Source of the DNA: an uncultured Synergistaceae bacterium
GTDB taxonomy: Bacteria > Synergistota > Synergistia > Synergistales > 79-D21
Assembly: GCA_964521575.1 (NCBI GenBank)
Contig: CAZFSR010000009.1
Span: forward strand, 10,055-74,054
Direction: 5' to 3'
DNA length: 64,000 nucleotides
Shown piece by piece: positions 9,106 through 16,900 of this stretch (its first letter is position 1; every line of letters begins with the position of its first letter). The position numbers and the translations under genes are program-made. The notes under the pieces were generated by a model. The model saw nothing but the letters and a program-made list of their open reading frames with translations, made no database searches and was not told the DNA's origin.

Positions 9106-10182
9106 TTATGGAGTCAACCCTTCCCCCCCGGCATTGGGATCGCCGAAGAAGGAGCGGAGCATGGCCTCGAGGACGCGGATGGACCGGGCGTATTCGTCCA
9201 GGTCGAGGCGCTCGTCGGCGGTGTGATCGAGGCGAGAGTCGCCGGGGCCCCAGGCGGCCATGGGGCAATTCCAGGCGGCGGCGACGTTGAAGTCGGCCGT
9301 TCCTCCCTTGGCCAAAAGGCGCGGGGTGCCGCCCTGTTCCCGGACGGCGATTCTAAGGGCCCGGATCACCGGGTTGTCGCGGCCGGCGGAGTGCGCGGCC
9401 ACGGCTGAAACGAGGGCCGCGGAGATCCCTCGCGATTGCGCTTTCGTTCGGCAGAAGTCGAAGACCGTTTCGGGACGGGCCCCTAGCGGAAGGCGGATGT
9501 CCAGGTCGACGGACGCCTCCCGGCGGCCCTCTTCCGTGCCCCGCATGGAGAGGACGTTGGCTCCCGTCCGCTCGATGAGAGGCCGGGCCGGGTCATCCTC
9601 GCTTTCGATCTCCTCCAGGATGTCGGCGGCGGCCCGAAGGCATGCGGTGAGGGGGCTTGTCCCGCCGCTGCGGTGGGAACCGGTGTCCTCGGCCGTGAGG
9701 CGGACCTGCAGGTAACCCCGGTAGGCGAGGGTGATGCCGTCCGTCCCCGAGGGCTCCCCGACGATGCACGCCGCCGGGGAGTGCAGGGGAAGGCGGTGCC
9801 ATGCGCCGAGGGAGTCGGTTTCTTCCCGGACGGCCGCGACGAGGGTCAGCCGCCACTCCCTCGGCAGGTCGGCGGCTCCCCCCGCGATGGCGAAAGCGCA
9901 AAGGGGACCCCCGGCATCCACGCTTCCCCGTCCCCAGAGGGTACGCCCCTCGATTCGGACAACGGGGCCGCCGGGCACGGTGTCGATGTGCCCCAGCAGG
10001 AGGAACTCCTTTGGGCCGGTCCCTTTCGTGGCGACAACGTTGCCGACCTCGTCGATTCCCGCGGAGTCCCATCCCAGGCCGGTCAGACGGGATACAAGAA
10101 GGCTTGCCGCCTCGCCTTCACGGCCGCTTGGGCGAGGGGTGGAGACGAGGTCGAGGATCAGTTTCTCCGCCGCGTCAGGCAA
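9106..10182 (-). CDS. lysK: [LysW]-lysine/[LysW]-ornithine hydrolase (M20)
   Basis: LLGHIDTVPG, GRGSVDAGGP, REETDS, GEPSG, WGPGDSRLDHT; TTG start at 10182 overlaps the lysJ stop. Confidence 0.9.
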   Translation of the reverse strand: MPDAAEKLILDLVSTPRPSGREGEAASLLVSRLTGLGWDSAGIDEVGNVVATKGTGPKEFLLLGHIDTVPGGPVVRIEGRTLWGRGSVDAGGPLCAFAIAGGAADLPREWRLTLVAAVREETDSLGAWHRLPLHSPAACIVGEPSGTDGITLAYRGYLQVRLTAEDTGSHRSGGTSPLTACLRAAADILEEIESEDDPARPLIERTGANVLSMRGTEEGRREASVDLDIRLPLGARPETVFDFCRTKAQSRGISAALVSAVAAHSAGRDNPVIRALRIAVREQGGTPRLLAKGGTADFNVAAAWNCPMAAWGPGDSRLDHTADERLDLDEYARSIRVLEAMLRSFFGDPNAGGEGLTP

Positions 10183-11305
10183 GGTTCTCAAGCGAAAGCA
10201 CCTCTTCGAGCGTTTCGGCGGCCCGCGAGAAATGGTCCGGCTCGGCGGCAAACGACGGCAGGAAGCGGATCACGTTGGGGCCGGCAGGCAGGGCCAGTAC
10301 GCCCCGTTCCTGGAGTGCCCGGACCACGGGGGCGGACCGCCCCTCGACCTGGACTCCCACCAAAAGACCCAGTCCCCGAACGCCGCGGGTGGCCGGCGAC
10401 TCGATGGCCTCCAGGCGGGCCCGGAAGGCCTCCCCCATGGCCCGTGCCTTTTCGGGCAGCCTTTCCTCCTCCAGGATCGAGAGGGCCTCGTGCGCGACCC
10501 GGCAGACGAGGGGGTTCCCACCGTAGGTCGAACCGTGGCTTCCTTGGGGGAAATCGCCGAGGCTTCCTTTCCAGACCGTGACGCCGACGGGAAGTCCCCC
10601 TGCCACGCCCTTGGCGAGGCAGACGATATCGGCGGCGAGTCCCGACAGGGAGCTCGCCAGCATCGCCCCGCAGCGCCCGAAACCGCTCTGGACTTCGTCG
10701 GCGACGATCAGGGTCCCGGCTTTTTGGCACGCGGCGGAGATTTCGAACCCCAATGCGGGATCCAAGGGGTGGACACCCCCCTCTCCCTGGACGGGCTCGA
10801 TAAAGACCGCTGCCACGTTTTCGTCGATAGCCCCCGGCAGGTTCTCGGGGGCATGGTGTTCCACATTGAACAGCAGCGTCTGGAACGGGCGCCGGTAGTG
10901 CGGGTTGAAGGTCAGGCTGAGGGCCCCGAGCGTCCGCCCGTGGAAACCCCTTCGCAGGGCCAGGATGCGGCGCCTTTCCGGGCGGGCCACGGCGACGAGC
11001 TTCAGAGCGGCCTCGATGGCCTCCGTGCCGCTGTTGCAGAGGTAGGCCTTCCCGTCCGGCAGGAGGTTGCCGAGTTTTTCCATGAGGCTGGAGCGGAATT
11101 CGTCGTCAAAGCCCATCCCGATGGTCCAGGGACGCCCGGCGGCACCGTTTAGGGCGCTCACCAGGCGGGGATGGGTGTGCCCGAAAAGGGCCGAACCATG
11201 GGCGGTGAAAAAATCCACGTATTGCCTGCCGGCCGCGTCGGTGACGACGCCTCCGTGCCCCGAGGCAAGCGTTAAACCGCGGCTTCCGTATAGACAGCTT
11301 GGCAT
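10175..11305 (-). CDS. lysJ: [LysW]-aminoadipate/glutamate semialdehyde transaminase (class III PLP)
   Basis: NSGTEAIEAALK, GFHGRT, EPVQGEGG, DEVQSGFGR, LAKGVAGG; operon context. Confidence 0.9.
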   Translation of the reverse strand: MPSCLYGSRGLTLASGHGGVVTDAAGRQYVDFFTAHGSALFGHTHPRLVSALNGAAGRPWTIGMGFDDEFRSSLMEKLGNLLPDGKAYLCNSGTEAIEAALKLVAVARPERRRILALRRGFHGRTLGALSLTFNPHYRRPFQTLLFNVEHHAPENLPGAIDENVAAVFIEPVQGEGGVHPLDPALGFEISAACQKAGTLIVADEVQSGFGRCGAMLASSLSGLAADIVCLAKGVAGGLPVGVTVWKGSLGDFPQGSHGSTYGGNPLVCRVAHEALSILEEERLPEKARAMGEAFRARLEAIESPATRGVRGLGLLVGVQVEGRSAPVVRALQERGVLALPAGPNVIRFLPSFAAEPDHFSRAAETLEEVLSLENLA

Positions 11306-12111
11306 AGGGTCGTTCCCCTCCCTTCAAGGGCCTGTCCCAGGGGCCGGTTCACCCGGCTGTCGGCGATGCAGACCCGGTCGATCCCGCCTTCGAGAGCTTC
11401 CCGGCAGGCCAAAAGCTTCCTCTTCATGTTGCCCCGGGCCATTCCCTCGAGGCTTTCCCATTCTCCCAGGCCGGCATGCTTCACGAGGCTTCCCGGGTCC
11501 GCAGGGTCCGCGAGCAGGCCCGGGACGTTGCTGAGGATGACCAGCACATCGGCCCTCACGGCAACGGCGGCGGCAGCGGCAAGGCGGTCCCCGTCCACGT
11601 TCAGGAGCCCTGCCCCGTCCCGGTCCAGGGCCAGGGGGGGCAGAAGCGGCACGGTTTCCATGTCCCAGGCCCTTTCAAGGGCTTCGGGATCGACGGAGCG
11701 CGTGCTGCCGCTGGTGTTACCGTGGAGGATCCGCACGCGGCCGTCCTCCACGGACCTAAGGGCCTCCTTGCGGGTTCCCGAAACGGAGCCGATGAGCCCT
11801 GGGTGGAGGATCGCGGCCGGTGTGCCCCTCGTGAAGAGCTCGCAGGCCAGTGTGGCCGAAACGGAGAGGGCCGCGGCGACGAAGAGGTCCCTCTCTGCTT
11901 CGCCGAGGAAGCGGCTTCGGTAGCCGGAAGGGCTGGTCACGTACCGCGGCTGCATCCCGCAGGAACCGGCGAGGGTGTCCATGATGCCGCTGGCCCCGTG
12001 GACGAGGGCCCACCGCTCGCCCCGGGCCACCCTGTTGCAAAGGTCGTCCAGCAGGGGACGCGGGTTGTTGCCGAGGGCTCCGCCGATCTTGACGATTCCG
12101 GTGAGGCGCAT
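11272..12111 (-). CDS. lysZ: [LysW]-aminoadipate/glutamate kinase
   Basis: VKIGG, LVHGAS, GYRSR, NVDGDRLAA, GNMKRKL; operon context. Confidence 0.9.
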   Translation of the reverse strand: MRLTGIVKIGGALGNNPRPLLDDLCNRVARGERWALVHGASGIMDTLAGSCGMQPRYVTSPSGYRSRFLGEAERDLFVAAALSVSATLACELFTRGTPAAILHPGLIGSVSGTRKEALRSVEDGRVRILHGNTSGSTRSVDPEALERAWDMETVPLLPPLALDRDGAGLLNVDGDRLAAAAAVAVRADVLVILSNVPGLLADPADPGSLVKHAGLGEWESLEGMARGNMKRKLLACREALEGGIDRVCIADSRVNRPLGQALEGRGTTLCQAVYTEAAV

Positions 12112-12133
12112 ATCGATCGTCTCCTTTCCTTGC

Positions 12134-13180
12134 TCAGGCCGGGTAGACCGGCCGCATCTCGAGCCCCGCGGTCTCGGGGCATCCCAGGAGGAGGTTGGCT
12201 GCCTGGACCGCGGTCCCGGAGGCCCCCTTCAGCAGGTTGTCGATGGCGGCAACGGCGGTGAGCCGCCGGCCGTCCGGGTGGAGGGCGAACCCCACGAGGG
12301 CACGGTTGGATCCCATCACCAGGCGAGGGTCCGGAAGACGCAGGTGGGAGGGGCGGGCCGGGCAGACAAAGACGAAAGGTTCGCTCGCGTAGGCCCCGCG
12401 GTAGAGCTTCCAGAGGTCCGCTTCCCTCACCGGCTCGGCCAGCGTGACGGTGGCCACGGCCTGGACTCCCCGGACGCTTTCCACTGCCGTGACGCCCAGG
12501 GTGAGGCGGCTTTCGTCCAGGCCGGTTTCCTGGGCAACCTCGGCCAGGTGCCGATGGGCGAACGGCTCGAACATGCGAAGCGCCCGGCTTCGGTAGGGGT
12601 GATGGCTGCCCTCGGTGGCCTTGCTTCCTCCCTCCGAGGATCCCGCGCGGGCCTCGATGCGGGCATCGGCAACGATCCCCGCCCGTGCGAGGGGAGCCAG
12701 GGCCAGGATGGCGGCCGTGGCGTTGCACCCGACGCCGGAAACGAGGCGGGCGCCGCGGATCTCTTCGCGGTGCAGTTCGGGCAGGCCGTAGACGGCCTCC
12801 TGAAGCAGGGACGGGTCCGGATGGCCTCCCCCGTACCAGCGTTCGTAACGTTCGGGATCACGCAGGCGGACGTCGGCAGCGAGGTCCACGACCTTGACGC
12901 CCCGGTCCAGCCAGCTCCGGATCGCGGGGGCCGACGAACCGTGGGGCAGGGCCAGGAAGACGAGTTCCGGGTGGAGCGCCTCCGCTTCTTCTGGGGAGAT
13001 GAACGCCGCGTCCGGGAAATCGGGCCTCAGGTGCGGATGCACCGCCGCAACGGGGTGCCCGGCCTTCCCCCTGGACACGACGCCCGCCACCTCGATTGCC
13101 GGGTGCCCCGCCAGGATCCTCAACAGTTCCCCTCCGGCCATTCCGCTTCCGCCTACGACCACTACCGGGTGCCTTTGCAT
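12134..13180 (-). CDS. lysY: [LysW]-aminoadipate/glutamyl-phosphate reductase (ArgC family)
   Basis: GGSGMAG, LALPHG, YGLPEL, GVGCNAT, IDNLLKGASG; ATG 13180 has a GGAGG RBS. Confidence 0.9.
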   Translation of the reverse strand: MQRHPVVVVGGSGMAGGELLRILAGHPAIEVAGVVSRGKAGHPVAAVHPHLRPDFPDAAFISPEEAEALHPELVFLALPHGSSAPAIRSWLDRGVKVVDLAADVRLRDPERYERWYGGGHPDPSLLQEAVYGLPELHREEIRGARLVSGVGCNATAAILALAPLARAGIVADARIEARAGSSEGGSKATEGSHHPYRSRALRMFEPFAHRHLAEVAQETGLDESRLTLGVTAVESVRGVQAVATVTLAEPVREADLWKLYRGAYASEPFVFVCPARPSHLRLPDPRLVMGSNRALVGFALHPDGRRLTAVAAIDNLLKGASGTAVQAANLLLGCPETAGLEMRPVYPA

Positions 13181-13205
13181 GAAGTCCTTCCTCCGTTTCA
13201 AGGGT

Positions 13206-13238
13206 AAAAAAATGGCCCGCGGAATTTTCCCGCGGGCC
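13206..13238 (-). terminator. intra-operon terminator-like hairpin between lysX and lysY
   Basis: Minus strand GGCCCGCGG-7 nt-CCGCGGGCC-A-T7. Confidence 0.7.
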
Positions 13239-13271
13239 TCGAGGCTTGTTCTTTCCAAGCCGCTCCGGGGG

Positions 13272-14174
13272 TTAAAGCCCCGGGCTCGAGGACCCGCATA
13301 AGGGCGCGCTGCGCTTGACGCCGCGCTTGGCGCAACGCTTTTCTCTTTTCATCAGGGCGGCACAGGCTTCGACGACCGCACCGGCGATGTCCACGCCCGT
13401 GGGTGCGCTTGAGTTCCTGAACTCGGCCCCGTCGTTCACCTCGTTCACGAGCCATCCCTGGTTCGTCAGGAACAGGTCGACGGCGATAAAGTCGCCTCCC
13501 ACGGCGTCGTGGACCCTTTCCAGGATGGCATGAAGCCCCGGTTCCATCGGCTGGTTCTCGGCCCGGCCTCCCCTGGCCGTGTTCGTAATCCAGTGGCCGC
13601 TGGTCCTCCGGATCGCGCAAAGGGGGCGCCCCTCCAGGACGAAAGCCCGCACGTCGAACCCGCCCTTCTCGACGTAGGATTGGACGTAATAGACCTGGTG
13701 AGCGGCGCCCAGGTGGGCCTTGTGCTCCACGATAGCCTCGGCGGTCTCGCGGTTGGAGGCCAGCGCGAGCAGGCGTCCCCAGCTGCCCGTTACGGGCTTG
13801 AAGACGACGGGATAGCCGAGCTGCTCAGCCGCTTCCAGGGCCGCTTCCTCGGAAAAGGCCGCCCGGAAGGCCGGCTGCGGGATGTCGGCCGCGGCAAGCG
13901 CGGCGCTCGTGGCCAGCTTGTCGCCGCAAAGCTCCATGACGGCGCTCGGGTTCACCGTCCGGGCTCCGCCGGCCTCGAGCATGCGGGCCACGGAGACGTT
14001 CTGCAGGTGCCCGATGCACCGGCACAGGAACACGTCGTTTCCGTTCGGCTCGATCCGCCAGGGCTCGGTACGGATATCCTCCAGGCTGCAGGGGATCTCC
14101 CTTGCCTCGGCTGCGGCGAAAAGCTGCTTTTCCTCGGCGCGAAGCCGGGAGTAGAGGATCCTGAGCCTACTCAC
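13272..14174 (-). CDS. lysX: LysW ligase, RimK/ATP-grasp family (LysX-type signature)
   Basis: KPVTGSWGRL, HWITNTARGG, NEVN...EFRNS; GTG start overlaps the lysW stop. Confidence 0.9.
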   Translation of the reverse strand: MSRLRILYSRLRAEEKQLFAAAEAREIPCSLEDIRTEPWRIEPNGNDVFLCRCIGHLQNVSVARMLEAGGARTVNPSAVMELCGDKLATSAALAAADIPQPAFRAAFSEEAALEAAEQLGYPVVFKPVTGSWGRLLALASNRETAEAIVEHKAHLGAAHQVYYVQSYVEKGGFDVRAFVLEGRPLCAIRRTSGHWITNTARGGRAENQPMEPGLHAILERVHDAVGGDFIAVDLFLTNQGWLVNEVNDGAEFRNSSAPTGVDIAGAVVEACAALMKREKRCAKRGVKRSAPLCGSSSPGL

Positions 14175-14340
14175 CCCAGTCCTCCTGGACCTGCGGGGCT
14201 TCCTCCGCCCTAACGGGGTCGAGGGCCACCACTTCCAACTCTGTCCCGCAATCGCCGCAGACCAGGATCTCGCCCAGGCCGCAGTTCTCCGGGAGCGCCA
14301 CCGCCGCTTCGCACACCACGCACGTCACCGTTCCTGCCAT
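14167..14340 (-). CDS. lysW: amino-group carrier protein LysW (57 aa)
   Basis: CxxC...CxxC zinc ribbon and C-terminal EDWGE; GAGGAGGAG RBS. Confidence 0.97.
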   Translation of the reverse strand: MAGTVTCVVCEAAVALPENCGLGEILVCGDCGTELEVVALDPVRAEEAPQVQEDWGE

Positions 14341-14367
14341 CTCTAACTCCTCCTCACGAATTGGAAT

Positions 14368-14640
14368 AAAAAAAGGACCCGCCCCTCCACACGTGTGAAG
14401 GGACGAGTCCTGGTAAAGACCCGCGGTACCACCCAACTTGGACGCGTCCCCCCTCAGGGGGGCGGTCCCGCTCGCGGACAGGTAACGGCTGTCCTTCACC
14501 GGGCGTCCTACTACGGGCGTGCGCCCTTTCGGAGCCTGCTCTTCGAGCCTTGGGCCTTTCGGCAGCCCGGCACCCCTCTCATCCGGTGGAGGTCCCTCGC
14601 TGTAGGGCTTGTACCCCGTCAGGCCACTCGCGTCATCGCA
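14368..14640 (-). ncRNA. T-box riboswitch (transcription attenuator) of the lysW operon
   Basis: Stem I GCGATGA start, AGCGA bulge, ATGAG distal loop, stem II AGTA/GAA, CCGTTA, T-box AAGTTGGGTGGTACCGCGG (14421-14439), then a GGAC/TC...GGGTCC-T7 terminator. Confidence 0.92.
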
Positions 14641-14706
14641 TTTTTGAAATGCTTCAGTTGAAAATGTGGTCCGTACCAAGTCGCTCATCGCGAATTGAAA
14701 TGCAGT

Positions 14707-15597
14707 TTACCGGGGGTATCCCGGATTGTCAAGCCCCAAGGCCGTGATATTCCAGGCGTATTCCAGGACCTTCCCGGCAAGGTCCAATCCTGTGGCTTCG
14801 ACGGAACCGTGAAATTCCGGCTGTCCGTTGACTTCGTTCACGGTCCACCCGTTCTCCGATTCGAACAGGTCCACGGCGAGGAAATCCCCGCCGATGGCGG
14901 TGCCCACCTTCCGCAGGAGGGCGGTCATCGCGGGGGGCATCTCGCAGCGCTCGGGCGTCGCCCCCCGTGCCGTGTTCGTGATCCAGTGCGCGCTCTTGCG
15001 CCGCATGAGGGAGACCGGCTCGCCGCCCACGAGGATCGCACGGAGGTCCGAACCGTTTTTCTCCACGTATTCCTGGATGAAAAAGACGGAGTGGGAGGGG
15101 CCCATCGCCGCCTTGTGGAAGGCGACGGCTTCGGCACCGGCGCGGTCCGTGACCTTCGCCAGGAGACGGCCCCAGCTGCCGCAGGCGGGCTTGAACACCA
15201 CCGGGTAGCCCATCGTCTCCGCGGCATCCACAGCCGCCTCGGGTGAGGCGGCCACGCGGTAGGCCGGCTGGGGGATACCCGCCGCGTCGAGGCAGGCGGC
15301 CGTGGCGATCTTGTCGCCGCAGAGGCTCATGACGGAAGAGGGATTGATCGTCTTCACGCCCCGTGATTCCAGCAGCCGGGCGAGAGCGAGGTTGTGGGTC
15401 TGCCCCACGCAGCGGCAGATCGCCACGTCGCCGGGAGCCGCGTCGAAGCCCTCCGGCCAGGCCAGGGAAGACACGTCCTTGAAGTCCGCAGGGATCCCCA
15501 GTCTCTGCGCAGCCGAGGCGAGCATCTTCTCCTCCGGCCGAAGCCGGGTGTAGGGAACGAAAAGCCTCGGTGTGCGTCGCGGGGTTGCGGACTTCAT
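14707..15597 (-). CDS. second LysW ligase paralog (ArgX-like signature)
   Basis: KPACGSWGRL, HWITNTARG, NEVNGQPEFHGS. Confidence 0.85.
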   Translation of the reverse strand: MKSATPRRTPRLFVPYTRLRPEEKMLASAAQRLGIPADFKDVSSLAWPEGFDAAPGDVAICRCVGQTHNLALARLLESRGVKTINPSSVMSLCGDKIATAACLDAAGIPQPAYRVAASPEAAVDAAETMGYPVVFKPACGSWGRLLAKVTDRAGAEAVAFHKAAMGPSHSVFFIQEYVEKNGSDLRAILVGGEPVSLMRRKSAHWITNTARGATPERCEMPPAMTALLRKVGTAIGGDFLAVDLFESENGWTVNEVNGQPEFHGSVEATGLDLAGKVLEYAWNITALGLDNPGYPR

Positions 15598-15641
15598 CGT
15601 GACAAGCCTCCTTGGAATTCGCCTATGGGCGGGATTCCGGG

Positions 15642-15670
15642 AGTGTAAACTAAAGTTTATGGCTTGTCAA
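15642..15670 (-). promoter_or_regulatory. sigma70 promoter of the second ligase, with an overlapping inverted repeat
   Basis: TTGACA-17 bp-TACACT, AT-rich UP element, and ATAAACT-TT-AGTTTAC dyad across the spacer and -10. Confidence 0.7.
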
Positions 15671-15696
15671 ATACTAAAATAAAATAACCTTTCTGT

Positions 15697-16752
15697 TCAA
15701 TTATGGTCCCTGGAACAAACTTGCCGGTTTTTCGGGTTCATTCTGCCGAGGGATCGGGGTACCGGCAGGTCCAGCATCGTGAGGAGCCCCGGCCGGGCCT
15801 GCATGACCAGGGGGATGGTGTTGACGGCAAGTGCGACGGTTCCGATGCCGCCGGGGATCTCCGGCTTGATCTCGAGGCGAATGTCCGGGGTCCCGAAGAT
15901 CTCGATCGTGTCTCCGGTGCGGACGCCCTCCAGGTGGGGATGGATCTGCTGGGGGTGGATCATCTCGACGACAAGGTCGCTCCCCCGGTAGCCGTAGCCG
16001 GTTTGGCGGCATCCGGCCACCATGCCCGGCTCCACGACGATTCCCTTCTCCTCGCGACGGACGGAGGAAACGATGGGTTCGCGGAACTGCTCGATGCGGT
16101 CGACGCCAAGTTCCATGGCGTCGGAAACCATGCGGATGGATTGGACGAAACCGACGTGCCCTTCGACGGTGCCTTCGGCCACACCTAGCCGGAAGGCCTC
16201 CTCCGTGAGCCCCACCCCTTGTTCGCGAAGGACCGTCGGGCCGAAGGGAGCGAGGTCGTTGACCCGGGTCACGCGAACCCGCTTCACGTCCGTGCAGGCT
16301 GCGCTCATGACGACCGGCAGCAGGTCCATGACGAACCCGGGGTTGATCCCCGTTCCCAGGACAGCGACTCCCTTTTCCTTTGCGGCGGTGTCCATCCGTG
16401 CGCAGAGTTCCGGCTCGGCAGGCCACGGGTAGGCCATCTCCTCGGCGGTGGTCATCACGGCCTTGCCGTTCTCCAGTGCCTCCATGATCCTGGGGAACAC
16501 TTCCCTTACGAGGGAAGCTGTGGCGACGACGACAAGGTCAGGGTCCGCAGCCATCGCCTCGGCGAGAGTCGCCACGACCGTAACGTGTTCCTGGGTGCAG
16601 AGCCCCGTGAATCCTGCAAGGGGTTGACCGATCTTGGCCGGGTCAGTGTCGACGGCCCCTACGACTTCCAGGGCCGCTCTTTCGCCGACGGCCCGGGCGA
16701 TCCCGGCTCCCATGGCCCCGATACCCCAGACGGCGACTTTCAGCGGCTTCAT
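15697..16752 (-). CDS. ord: 2,4-diaminopentanoate dehydrogenase (ornithine catabolism; DapB-like Rossmann N-terminus)
   Basis: VAVWGIGAMGAGIAR, TTAEEMAYP, LGTGINPGFVMD, VNDLAPFG, GHVGF, PEIPGGIGT; ATG 16752 with AAGGAG RBS. Confidence 0.8.
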   Translation of the reverse strand: MKPLKVAVWGIGAMGAGIARAVGERAALEVVGAVDTDPAKIGQPLAGFTGLCTQEHVTVVATLAEAMAADPDLVVVATASLVREVFPRIMEALENGKAVMTTAEEMAYPWPAEPELCARMDTAAKEKGVAVLGTGINPGFVMDLLPVVMSAACTDVKRVRVTRVNDLAPFGPTVLREQGVGLTEEAFRLGVAEGTVEGHVGFVQSIRMVSDAMELGVDRIEQFREPIVSSVRREEKGIVVEPGMVAGCRQTGYGYRGSDLVVEMIHPQQIHPHLEGVRTGDTIEIFGTPDIRLEIKPEIPGGIGTVALAVNTIPLVMQARPGLLTMLDLPVPRSLGRMNPKNRQVCSRDHN

Positions 16753-16804
16753 GAATTCAACTCCTTCTCTCGTGGTTGGTCCTCTTTTGCATACAAACGC
16801 CAAG

Positions 16805-16821
16805 ATTCAAGGTCTGACCCC
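16805..16821 (-). repeat. dispersed REP-like 17-mer (second copy)
   Basis: ATTCAAGGTCTGACCCC is the reverse complement of 7924-7940. Confidence 0.75.
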
Positions 16822-16831
16822 CTGTTTTGGG

Positions 16832-16860
16832 TTGTCACTTTCAGCCCCCGCGGATAGGAT
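16832..16860 (+). promoter_or_regulatory. sigma70-like promoter of tex
   Basis: TTGTCA-17 bp-TAGGAT. Confidence 0.55.
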
Positions 16861-16900
16861 AGCCTGAGAAGGTTTGGAACGACAACGTGGAGGTTTTTCG

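Noticed and set aside
14341-14688. N-terminally extended 173-aa LysW ORF
   Set aside because: The extension runs through the T-box RNA; the true start at 14340 has a strong RBS
9106-15597. LysW/AmCP cluster as a secondary-metabolite pathway linked to the NRPS
   Set aside because: It is about 27 kb from the NRPS, is T-box regulated, and lacks the transketolase-type genes of Streptomyces AmCP clusters; primary metabolism is more likely
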